Of a DNA stretch of 64,000 bases, positions 34,550 through 43,361 are shown one piece after another. Position 1 is the first letter of the stretch; each line of letters begins with the position of its first letter. The stretch is from Escherichia coli. Lineage in GTDB: Bacteria; Pseudomonadota; Gammaproteobacteria; Enterobacterales; Enterobacteriaceae. The stretch lies in NCBI RefSeq assembly GCF_024298765.1, contig NZ_CP101210.1; one strand, 5' to 3'. The notes below the pieces were generated by a model. The model saw only the letters and a list, made by a program, of their open reading frames with translations, had not been told where the DNA came from and did not search any database. A program made the position numbers and the translations under genes.

Positions 34550-34834
34550 ATGTCATACCGTTCAGCAGCCAGCGTTGCCTTCCCCGGCTGCTGTTATTGT
34601 AAGGCATTTTCGTTAAGAATGCAGAAGGAGAGGAGCGTGAGATTGCTGTTAAAAGGGCTCGTCGGAATGGCGCTGGCCTGGCTTGTTATTGGTTTCGGGA
34701 TGGAGTTATTTTTTCTCGCCGATCGGGTTCATCCGGCATTAAGAGTAATCGTTGGCCTGGGGATGTTATTCCTGATGATAATGATTGCGGGTGGTATGTG
34801 CGGTTCTCTTCTGTCACGAAAGAAAACATCATGA
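34550..34834 (+). CDS. small hydrophobic membrane protein (2 TM helices), hypothetical
   Basis: ORF with two hydrophobic stretches; true start may be the internal Met at 34622. Confidence 0.35.
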   Translation: MSYRSAASVAFPGCCYCKAFSLRMQKERSVRLLLKGLVGMALAWLVIGFGMELFFLADRVHPALRVIVGLGMLFLMIMIAGGMCGSLLSRKKTS

Positions 34835-34886
34835 CGTTCCTGTTTACGCCGCTACATTTGTGGTGGCTTTATGATTATTCAGAATA

Positions 34887-36560
34887 ATGAATTCACCTGT
34901 CGCGGCATGTTCAGCGACCAGCGCCGGACAGAAATATCGCTTTTTCTCAATTATTATGAAAATTAATCTTCCGTTCATACACTGGTCACGGATTAGCAAT
35001 GATAAGCGCCTCGTGTTATCAGTGGTTGTCTTTACCCTTTCTAATCTCCTTGTATCCTCAGGAGCGCATCTGATTTACCGGATATTATTCTTTATCCTGG
35101 CACTTCTTATTATTAAGGCAATGAAATCGATTACGTTGCGTTTGATTCTTGCCTTCCCGTTCACATTACTGACTGCTGCAGATATCAGTATCAGCCTGTA
35201 TTCATGGTGTACATTTGGCACAACATTTAATGATGGTTTTGCAATCAGTATCCTTCAGACAGATCCTGATGAAGTAATAAGAATGTTCAGGATGTATGTT
35301 GTTTATGTTATCGCATTTATTATCCTCTTTTTATTGTTCTTCTGTTCAGCAATAAATAAAACGTCCTCATTGCCATCGGAAAAGGTCACGGTAATTACAT
35401 TTTTATTGTTAATTACAGTAACGTTATATTCTTCCTTCCAGTTTGCGTTGAAGAAACAGTATCAAATAAATGAAGTTGATCCTTACATAGTCGCTTCCCG
35501 GTTTGCCACATATACCCCTTTCTTTAATCTGAACTATTTTGCACTGGCCGCAAAGGAGCATCAGAGATTAATGACGATTGCTGATACCATACCTCACTAC
35601 GATCTGGTGATTACGGATAACAACACTGACGTATTTGTTCTGGTGATTGGTGAATCTGCAAGGACTGATAACATGTCCATTTACGGGTATTCGCGCCCTA
35701 CCACACCAGAGCTTCAGAAACAGAAATCACGACTGAAACTGTTCACTCAGGCAATCAGTGGCGCACCTTACACCGCGCTGGCTGTTCCACTGGCGTTATC
35801 TGCCGATAGTGTACTGCATCATGATATCCGTAATTACCCTGATAACATTATCAACATGGCGAATCAGGCGGGGTTCGATACCTGGTGGCTCAGTGCGCAG
35901 TCCGCTTTCCGACAGAACGGAACGGCTGTGGCCAGTATCGCCATGCGGGCCAGAAACAGAATTTATGTCAGAGGCTATGATGAGTTACTGCTCCCACACC
36001 TGGCTGAAGCACTGAACAGTAATCCGGGGAGCAGGAAACTGATTGTTCTGCATCTGACGGGCAGCCATGAACCGGTTTGCAGTAACTGGCCCAGAGATAA
36101 AGCCGTGTTTAAACCGCTGGATACAGAAGAAGTCTGTTACGATAATTCCATTCATTATACCGACAGTTTGTTGGGACAGGTTTTCACCATGCTGGAAACG
36201 CGTCAGGCATCCGTCATGTATTTTTCAGATCACGGTCTGGAGTATGACCCGACAAAAGAACATGCCTATTTTCATGGTGGAATAAAACCCAGTCAGCAGG
36301 CTTATCATGTTCCGATGTTTATCTGGTACAGCCCGGCACTGGGAGAGCATGTCGATCGCCAGACGGTGAACAGCGTTTTTTCCACTGCGTATAATGATTA
36401 TCTGATTAATGCATGGATGGGCGTAACCAGACCGGCTCAACCGAAAACGCCGGAGGAGGTGATTACCCGCTGGCAGGGGAAATCCGTGGTTTTTGATGCC
36501 AGTCATAACGTGTTTGATTACAAAGTATTACGAAAGAACTTTAATGAACTCCAGGAATAA
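34887..36560 (+). CDS. phosphoethanolamine transferase, sulfatase superfamily (YhbX/EptA-like)
   Basis: N-terminal TM helices plus motifs VLVIGESARTDNMSIYGY, HLTGSHEP, YFSDHGL; close to remembered E. coli YhbX; start may be Met at 34956. Confidence 0.75.
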   Translation: MNSPVAACSATSAGQKYRFFSIIMKINLPFIHWSRISNDKRLVLSVVVFTLSNLLVSSGAHLIYRILFFILALLIIKAMKSITLRLILAFPFTLLTAADISISLYSWCTFGTTFNDGFAISILQTDPDEVIRMFRMYVVYVIAFIILFLLFFCSAINKTSSLPSEKVTVITFLLLITVTLYSSFQFALKKQYQINEVDPYIVASRFATYTPFFNLNYFALAAKEHQRLMTIADTIPHYDLVITDNNTDVFVLVIGESARTDNMSIYGYSRPTTPELQKQKSRLKLFTQAISGAPYTALAVPLALSADSVLHHDIRNYPDNIINMANQAGFDTWWLSAQSAFRQNGTAVASIAMRARNRIYVRGYDELLLPHLAEALNSNPGSRKLIVLHLTGSHEPVCSNWPRDKAVFKPLDTEEVCYDNSIHYTDSLLGQVFTMLETRQASVMYFSDHGLEYDPTKEHAYFHGGIKPSQQAYHVPMFIWYSPALGEHVDRQTVNSVFSTAYNDYLINAWMGVTRPAQPKTPEEVITRWQGKSVVFDASHNVFDYKVLRKNFNELQE

Positions 36561-36703
36561 TTCGTTAAAGTAATTTACGACTCTATTCTTTTTTAAAGGA
36601 AACTTTCAGAAAATGCCCCCAGGGCGATAACCTGGGGAAGGGGGACTGTGTTATTACTGGTGGATAAATTATTACTTGTTTGAAAGATACACTAATGCAA
36701 TAT

Positions 36704-37723
36704 CTACTGATGCTGGATGCTTGAGTGTTTCATTCCTGCTGCTGAAAACGGCAATATCCAGGGCCAGACATATTCACCGTTAATATTTCTGCATTTCTGT
36801 ACAATTTCCTCAGAAAGTGTCTCATCAATTCTTTCCCGCAACAGCTTCTGCTGTCTTAAAATGCTTTCGCATATTTCGAAATCATCTTCCTGCATCAGCA
36901 TTTCGGCGCATTTAATGATTTCTGCTCGTTCATGCAGCACAGAGGAATGGTTATAGAGCCAGTTTACAAACAGCAATGCTTCCGGATATTGTCCCCATAA
37001 TGGTGAGTATGTTGCATAGTAATCTTCTGCCGTATCCAGAGAGCCGGAGAAGTTATGCCGCACAGCAAGTGGAAATGGATGCAAATTTCCGCACAGCATT
37101 TCCGCGATGTAAGTGTTTGTAGCAAAGCCATGACGAAAAGCTGTGGCAGCCTTAACATGTTCCCCATTCAGAAAATGCAGAAGACCAAGTTCATACCAGT
37201 AAGGTGAAAATTCATCAGCATGCTCTTTCAGTACACTGAAGGCTTGCTTATGATCGCCTGTTCGTAACAGTTCTGAGCCCAACAACCAGCGGGCACCCTG
37301 ATTATCTTCAGGATTGTATGCCAGTATTTTATCAGTGAGCATAACCGCATCCTGATGACGCTGTAAGTGCACATTTGCGAGAATTGTTGCATAAAGCGCG
37401 CGCAGATAAGGGCGGTTTTCGGGATGCATCCAGATGATTTCACCACTGAAACTTTCCGGGATGAGACGATTACCTGCCGCCAGTCCTTTAAGAGCGGCGT
37501 TCAGTGCCTTACGCGGGGCATTCTGCTCCAGAAATGCATATGCCAGATGAGCGTGTATATCAATAAAGTCAGGCTCCTGTTGAGCAAGGCGTCTGAGTTT
37601 GTTGATATAACCCGTCTCACTGATTTCATCAGTGTCGTATGCATCAAGCACTTCTTCAAACTCCCCCAGTAATGGGCCAAACCAGGTATCCGGAAATACG
37701 AAACGACCCTGGTTATTGTTCAC
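36704..37723 (-). CDS. TPR-like hypothetical protein, probably 5'-truncated by IS1 (listed start is GTG abutting the IS1 end)
   Basis: 339-aa ORF whose frame stays open into IS1 at 37733; helical-repeat-like sequence; no family recognised. Confidence 0.45.
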   Translation of the reverse strand: MNNNQGRFVFPDTWFGPLLGEFEEVLDAYDTDEISETGYINKLRRLAQQEPDFIDIHAHLAYAFLEQNAPRKALNAALKGLAAGNRLIPESFSGEIIWMHPENRPYLRALYATILANVHLQRHQDAVMLTDKILAYNPEDNQGARWLLGSELLRTGDHKQAFSVLKEHADEFSPYWYELGLLHFLNGEHVKAATAFRHGFATNTYIAEMLCGNLHPFPLAVRHNFSGSLDTAEDYYATYSPLWGQYPEALLFVNWLYNHSSVLHERAEIIKCAEMLMQEDDFEICESILRQQKLLRERIDETLSEEIVQKCRNINGEYVWPWILPFSAAGMKHSSIQHQ

Positions 37724-37787
37724 TTCAAAGCGGGTGATGCTGCCAACTTACTGATTTAGTGTATGATGGTGTTTTTGAGGTGCTCCA

Positions 37788-38063
37788 GTGGCTTCTGTTT
37801 CTATCAGCTGTCCCTCCTGTTCAGCTACTGACGGGGTGGTGCGTAACGGCAAAAGCACCGCCGGACATCAGCGCTATCTCTGCTCTCACTGCCGTAAAAC
37901 ATGGCAACTGCAGTTCACTTACACCGCTTCTCAACCCGGTACGCACCAGAAAATCATTGATATGGCCATGAATGGCGTTGGATGCCGGGCAACAGCCCGC
38001 ATTATGGGCGTTGGCCTCAACACGATTTTACGTCACTTAAAAAACTCAGGCCGCAGTCGGTAA
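37788..38063 (+). CDS. insA: IS1 protein InsA
   Basis: 91 aa [48 protein letters not shown]... Confidence 0.9.
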
Positions 38064-38425
38064 CCTCGCGCATACAGCCGGGCAGTGACGTCATCGTCTG
38101 CGCGGAAATGGACGAACAGTGGGGCTATGTCGGGGCTAAATCGCGCCAGTTCGCCCGGATGTTGGGACTTGAACCGAAGAACACGGCGGTGCGGAGTCCG
38201 GAGAGTAACGGCATAGCAGAGAGCTTCGTGAAAACGATAAAGCGTGATTACATCAGTATCATGCCCAAACCAGACGGGTTAACGGCAGCAAAGAACCTTG
38301 CAGAGGCGTTCGAGCATTATAACGAATGGCATCCGCATAGTGCACTGGGTTATCGCTCGCCACGGGAATATCTACGGCAGCGGGCCAGTAATGGGTTAAG
38401 TGATAACAGGTGTCTGGAAATATAG
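37982..38425 (+). pseudogene. chimeric ORF: IS1 InsB N-terminus (56 aa) fused in frame to IS2 InsD C-terminus
   Basis: [16 protein letters not shown]...GAKSRQ then [34 protein letters not shown]...NRCLEI; junction at CGCCAG 38143-38148. Confidence 0.75.
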
Positions 38426-39002
38426 GGGCAAATCCACTGCATGACAAAGTCATCGGGCATTATCTGAACATAAAACACTATCAATAAGTTGGAGTCATTA
38501 CCGACGAAGCGATAGCGATAATGACTGAAAGCGGAAAAATAAAAACAAATTGAATAATGTGTTTGGTAATGAATTTATCGGGGGGAATTGGGCATATCTA
38601 CCGCTTACGTCGAGCCGCTCACACCCGGTCAATGACCTGACAATCTCCCGGCAAGTCCCGACGTCGGGACTTGCGCCCCTGACACCGAAAAATAGCAGGA
38701 ACCCGCTCGCTACGGGTCCTCAGCTCAGTGCAAACCTGACTCAGCTCCTGCATTGCATCCCCGAAATTACCACACTCAGTACTTCATCACCTGCCACCAA
38801 TACCCGTGTCAGTCCTTCGTGACCTGACGCAATTACCCGACTCAGAGCTTCAGAGTCAGCCGCCGGTACCTGCCCGGTGCTCGCCCCTGCGCAACCAAGA
38901 TAAATCGACCATTGGCAGACTGCGATCATTCGTATGCATCGCTGATGACGCGCCCGAAAAACGCGTTAATGTAAGTGTGGAACAATACTTTGTTACTATG
39001 CA

Positions 39003-40397
39003 TCAAAAAAAGTATTTGAAACGTAATCGGGCACCGTAACGATCATCGGTAATGTCACAATTACTATATCTACAGTTACTATCCAGAATTGAGTAATAAG
39101 CCCCGAGGTAAATATTAAAGTTCTCCATATCCATCACATTAGCAAACTGATAAGATGCATGAATGGTGTGAATGTTGTATATTCCTTCACCATCAATCCA
39201 GCAACCATTATTACACACGACACCACTAAATTCATCAATCTTATTATGTGCGTAGATATAACCCAGTTCGAAACGTTTCCACAGAGCATTAATACTGGCA
39301 GTGAAATCTTTCTCATTACTGGCATCCAAATAGGCGGTATTAAGAGTAACCACGATGCCATTTTCCGGATCTGTTTTCAGACCGTTCCATGTCATGCTAA
39401 TACCATAACCGGAACGATTGGACTGATCGACAAAATTCCCCTTATTATCGGTATAGCCATAAGCATTTTTTACCACGTTCGCTTCCATCGCTGCGGAGAC
39501 TGTGAATTCTTCCGTTGGCGACCAGGCAATTACCGGGCGCAGATAAGCGACATTTTTCTGCTGCTCCATATATCGTCCATGATAATTACCGTTATTATAT
39601 AAAGATGTTCCGTCTTCAAGTAACGTGTTTAACTCAAAATACCAGTTATCGAGTTGTTTACTGATGAGGAAATTACCACCAGCGTCAGAACGACCGCGTC
39701 CCTCTTTCATCATATAGATATAACCACGGCCATCAGCATAAATATCATTAGCTGTATTACCGGAATACTCAATGAAAGTATCCTGATTTAGAGGGAACAT
39801 ATCGTAAGCTTCAAAACGACCGACTTTCACTTTCCACTCGTCATCTTTTCCAAAAAAGAATAATGCATCATCAATATTCACTGAACCGTGCATATCCGCC
39901 AGTGGTTGTGCTGAAAATCCAGCGAAATAACCATTATCAAGCTTACGGGTACCGTCAAAACCTAATAGAATACGGCCATTAAGGTCCCACCGTTCATTCA
40001 CTGACTCACTGTTCGCCCCGGAACTTATCATTACTAACTGACCGGGTTTACTGGCAGCATCTATATTAAACTCCACATCACCATAAAACTTCAAATCATT
40101 GTAACCAGAGAGCAGAAAACCTGGAGAAGATGTTTTTTCTTTTGTTGACTCAACTACTGCATAGCTGTTAGCATCTTTTTTATTCTGCTCTGAACTAATT
40201 TGACGTATTTCAGAATGTTGTTCTATATCAAAACTCTTTAACATTCTTTCTGCTTTTTCCGCCCTTTTTTCTGCAGCTTCCAGGCGTTCTTCCAGCAATG
40301 CCATTCTTTGTTCAAGCGTTAGCCCCCCTGTTTTTGCTGCACACGCATTGTATTCCAGTAATAAAAAAAGAGATAAACCCAAAAGTAACTTATTCAT
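39003..40397 (-). CDS. rafY: raffinose-inducible outer membrane glycoporin
   Basis: 464 aa with signal peptide, coiled-coil N-extension, C-terminal ...RFKYFF; last gene of raf operon. Confidence 0.8.
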   Translation of the reverse strand: MNKLLLGLSLFLLLEYNACAAKTGGLTLEQRMALLEERLEAAEKRAEKAERMLKSFDIEQHSEIRQISSEQNKKDANSYAVVESTKEKTSSPGFLLSGYNDLKFYGDVEFNIDAASKPGQLVMISSGANSESVNERWDLNGRILLGFDGTRKLDNGYFAGFSAQPLADMHGSVNIDDALFFFGKDDEWKVKVGRFEAYDMFPLNQDTFIEYSGNTANDIYADGRGYIYMMKEGRGRSDAGGNFLISKQLDNWYFELNTLLEDGTSLYNNGNYHGRYMEQQKNVAYLRPVIAWSPTEEFTVSAAMEANVVKNAYGYTDNKGNFVDQSNRSGYGISMTWNGLKTDPENGIVVTLNTAYLDASNEKDFTASINALWKRFELGYIYAHNKIDEFSGVVCNNGCWIDGEGIYNIHTIHASYQFANVMDMENFNIYLGAYYSILDSNCRYSNCDITDDRYGARLRFKYFF

Positions 40398-40591
40398 TTT
40401 ACCCCCTTAAATAAAAACAAATGTGGGTACTCTTATATTCTCTGTATCAACACAAAATACCATTCATATTCTTCACCAGACTGGTATATATAATCGCAAC
40501 ACATTACCAAAAGCACACAGCAAAGATAATTAATGTGTACTGGCAAAGTAATGACAGATAATGTCAGAAAAAATACTGATATCGATATGTC

Positions 40592-42022
40592 TCAGGTCAG
40601 CATCCATAAAGTGCCATCAGTTAATATCGCATCGCCATGAGCGGCATATAACGATAATTGTCTCGAGTCCGCTTGCGGATAAATACGACTTGATAAGGTT
40701 GCCTCACCATCGTTAACAAACACTTCAACAGATGAACGATCCAAGAAAATACGAAGAGTCAGATATTCTGTATCAGGAAGTTCAACACTGCGGTAACCAT
40801 CCAACCCTTCCTCAGGGTAATAGCGCCACAGTACCAGTCGCCCGGCCTGATTATCCACATAAAGTCGCAGACCGTCTCCAAGGCGGACGCCATAGTGCTC
40901 CGCATGACTGTCAACCGTATGCCACGTCACCAATAATTCTGCGGCCTGTACATTTTCGGTCAGTAATTGCAAACCCTGTAACCTTACAGGGGATAATGGC
41001 TGGCATTTTTTGCGCAGAGATTCGACTTCACGCACAGGTCGCTGGCACAGCCGGCCATCGCGCTCAAAAACCTCTCTGGGCAGCGTCAGACATCCTGCCC
41101 AGGCTTCACTGCGGGTGGGCACGGGTGAATCCCACATATTCATCCATGCCATAATGATACGCCTGCCGTCCTCAGCCAGCATGGACTGTGGAGCATAAAA
41201 GTCATGACCATAATCCAGCTCTTCAAATCCCCCTTTCAGCGCAAAGACAGAACCAGGCTTCCAGCTCCCTGCCAACACACCGCTCTGAAAAAGGTTACGG
41301 AACCGATAACCGGAAGGGGGCATCCCCTGTGGTGAGAACATCAGCCAGTGAAAATTACCACACCTGAAGAAATCGGGGCATTCCCACATATAACTTTTTC
41401 CGGCTGCGGAATGAGCAAGAACATGCTCCAGATGCCAGTCCCGCAAAGATGTCCCGCGATACAACAGAACTTGCCCATTGTCAGAAGCGTCCCGGGCACC
41501 AATGACCATCCACCAGGAGCCGTCTTCGTGCCAGACTTTGGGATCACGGAAATGCATTATACCTTCCGGAGGTGTCAGCACACAGCCCTGCTTCTCAAAG
41601 TGAATACCATCATGACTTGTAGCCAGACACTGTACTTCACGGATAATGCTGTCATTACCACGATCATCGAGACAAATATGACCAGTATAAATAAGTGATA
41701 GCACGCCATCATCATCCACGGCACTCCCTGAAAAACAGCCATCACGATCATATTTATCTCCGGGTGCCAGCGCGATAGGTTCGTGTTGCCAGTGCAACAT
41801 GTCGGTACTGGTGGCATGCCCCCAGTGCATTGGCCCCTGATATGCGCTTGCAGGATGATGCTGGAAGAACGCATGGTAACGCCCATTGAAGTAAATAAGG
41901 CCATTTGGATCATTCATCCAGCCGGCAGGTGGAGCCAGATGAAAAATCGGGTACCAGGCATTACCACGACGTGCGCAAAGTTTTTCAAGGGCAGACTGTG
42001 CCAAAGCAAGACGCTGTTTCAT
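40592..42022 (-). CDS. rafD: raffinose invertase / sucrose hydrolase (GH32)
   Basis: 476 aa; motifs HLAPPAGWMNDPNG, RDPKVW, MWECPD. Confidence 0.85.
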   Translation of the reverse strand: MKQRLALAQSALEKLCARRGNAWYPIFHLAPPAGWMNDPNGLIYFNGRYHAFFQHHPASAYQGPMHWGHATSTDMLHWQHEPIALAPGDKYDRDGCFSGSAVDDDGVLSLIYTGHICLDDRGNDSIIREVQCLATSHDGIHFEKQGCVLTPPEGIMHFRDPKVWHEDGSWWMVIGARDASDNGQVLLYRGTSLRDWHLEHVLAHSAAGKSYMWECPDFFRCGNFHWLMFSPQGMPPSGYRFRNLFQSGVLAGSWKPGSVFALKGGFEELDYGHDFYAPQSMLAEDGRRIIMAWMNMWDSPVPTRSEAWAGCLTLPREVFERDGRLCQRPVREVESLRKKCQPLSPVRLQGLQLLTENVQAAELLVTWHTVDSHAEHYGVRLGDGLRLYVDNQAGRLVLWRYYPEEGLDGYRSVELPDTEYLTLRIFLDRSSVEVFVNDGEATLSSRIYPQADSRQLSLYAAHGDAILTDGTLWMLT

Positions 42023-43299
42023 CAGTTAATCTCCGAATGCGCTGCAGGGGCTTTTTCTACAGAAGGGTGTACGCTCCCGCGGGAAGAACTCAGCGTGAAA
42101 ACTGATATCACGGTAACAGTCAGAGCAATCATCCCGAGCACAAAATACGTATTCTGGAATCCCATACGATCATACAGGTGGCCGGCAAAGGTAGAGAGAA
42201 GTATTGCAGCAAGTTGTTTGGAAAACTGAAAACCTATTAAATAAACGGTCGCTGACAGTCGGGTGTCAAACACTGCCGTAATATATTTGAACGCCCCAAC
42301 CAGCAAAAATGGAACTTCAAGAGCGTGAAGCATTTTCAGAATCACCACTTCTGTCGCGGTGGTGGCAAAAGCAGAACCGGTAATGCGGATGGTCATAATT
42401 CCCCCCGCAACAAGCAGGGTATTTTTGGCACCAATGCGATGAATTATCCATGGTGTACAGAACATGATAATGGCATTACAAATCTCCCCCGCAGTGGTAG
42501 CAAATCCGAATGCTTTTATTCCTGCCTGAGGAGTGTCAAAGAATGAACGAAAAAATGTGGCAAACTGCTGATCAAATACATCATAGACACAGGCCACACC
42601 AATCGTGTAGAGAACAAACATCCACATCTGACGCATGCGAAACAGGCTGAAGACCATTCTGGTCGAAATCAGGGAAGAATTGGCACCCAGTGTATTCATA
42701 ACCATTGCCGTCTGGCTGGTACTGGGGCGCGCCAGAAACAACAGAAGAAGCAACAATAATGCGCTTCCTGACCCCATCCAGAAAACCAGAGAAGGATCGA
42801 CATTAAAAAGCATTCCAGCCATAGCCGCACATAACGCCCAGCCCAGACACCCGAACATCCTCGCTTTACCGTATTCAAATCCACGACTGCGACTGACCCG
42901 CTCTATATAAGCTTCAATAGCTCCGGCACCTGCAGAAAACACAAAACCAATAAAGACACCGCCAGTCAGTGCGCCTGCCCAGATATTGAAGCGCAGCAGG
43001 GGCGCAAATACATATAAAAAAAAGGGGGCGAAAAATACAAGTAACAGGCTGATACTCCAGATCAGGTTTTTTTTCAGTCCCAGGCGATCTGATATGACCC
43101 CAAGCAATGGCTGGAAACTGATGGCAAACAGAGAAAGACATGAAAAGACTATACCTGTATCCGTTTTACTCAGTCCGACCACATCGGACAGCCATACAGG
43201 CAAAAACGGAAAACAGGTTGCCATGATGAAAAAGTAGAGAAAGAAGAACAGACCGAAAATCCAGAAATCGGGATTTTTATGCGTACTTGCAGAATTCAT
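42022..43299 (-). CDS. rafB: raffinose permease (LacY-family MFS symporter)
   Basis: Start at MNSASTHKNPDFWIFGLFFFLYFF (GAGGG RBS); LacY-like throughout. Confidence 0.85.
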   Translation of the reverse strand: MNSASTHKNPDFWIFGLFFFLYFFIMATCFPFLPVWLSDVVGLSKTDTGIVFSCLSLFAISFQPLLGVISDRLGLKKNLIWSISLLLVFFAPFFLYVFAPLLRFNIWAGALTGGVFIGFVFSAGAGAIEAYIERVSRSRGFEYGKARMFGCLGWALCAAMAGMLFNVDPSLVFWMGSGSALLLLLLLFLARPSTSQTAMVMNTLGANSSLISTRMVFSLFRMRQMWMFVLYTIGVACVYDVFDQQFATFFRSFFDTPQAGIKAFGFATTAGEICNAIIMFCTPWIIHRIGAKNTLLVAGGIMTIRITGSAFATTATEVVILKMLHALEVPFLLVGAFKYITAVFDTRLSATVYLIGFQFSKQLAAILLSTFAGHLYDRMGFQNTYFVLGMIALTVTVISVFTLSSSRGSVHPSVEKAPAAHSEIN

Positions 43300-43361
43300 T
43301 ATTCTTACCCTCACGGGATAATATTGAGAAACAGGACGGAGCTGAGGCTCCGTACCTCTCT

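Larger units (their letters stand above)
37733..38502 (+). mobile_element. IS1 with internal ~281 bp replaced by the last ~290 bp of IS2 (chimeric)
   Basis: IS1 left end GGTGATGCTGCCAACTTACTGAT at 37733; IS1 right end ...GTTGGAGTCATTACC at 38502; IS2 3' end 38149-38436. Confidence 0.8.

Noticed and set aside
34887-36560. Phosphoethanolamine transferase considered as an mcr-type colistin resistance gene
   Set aside because: The sequence is much closer to my recollection of chromosomal YhbX than to MCR-1; without alignment I cannot call it mcr.
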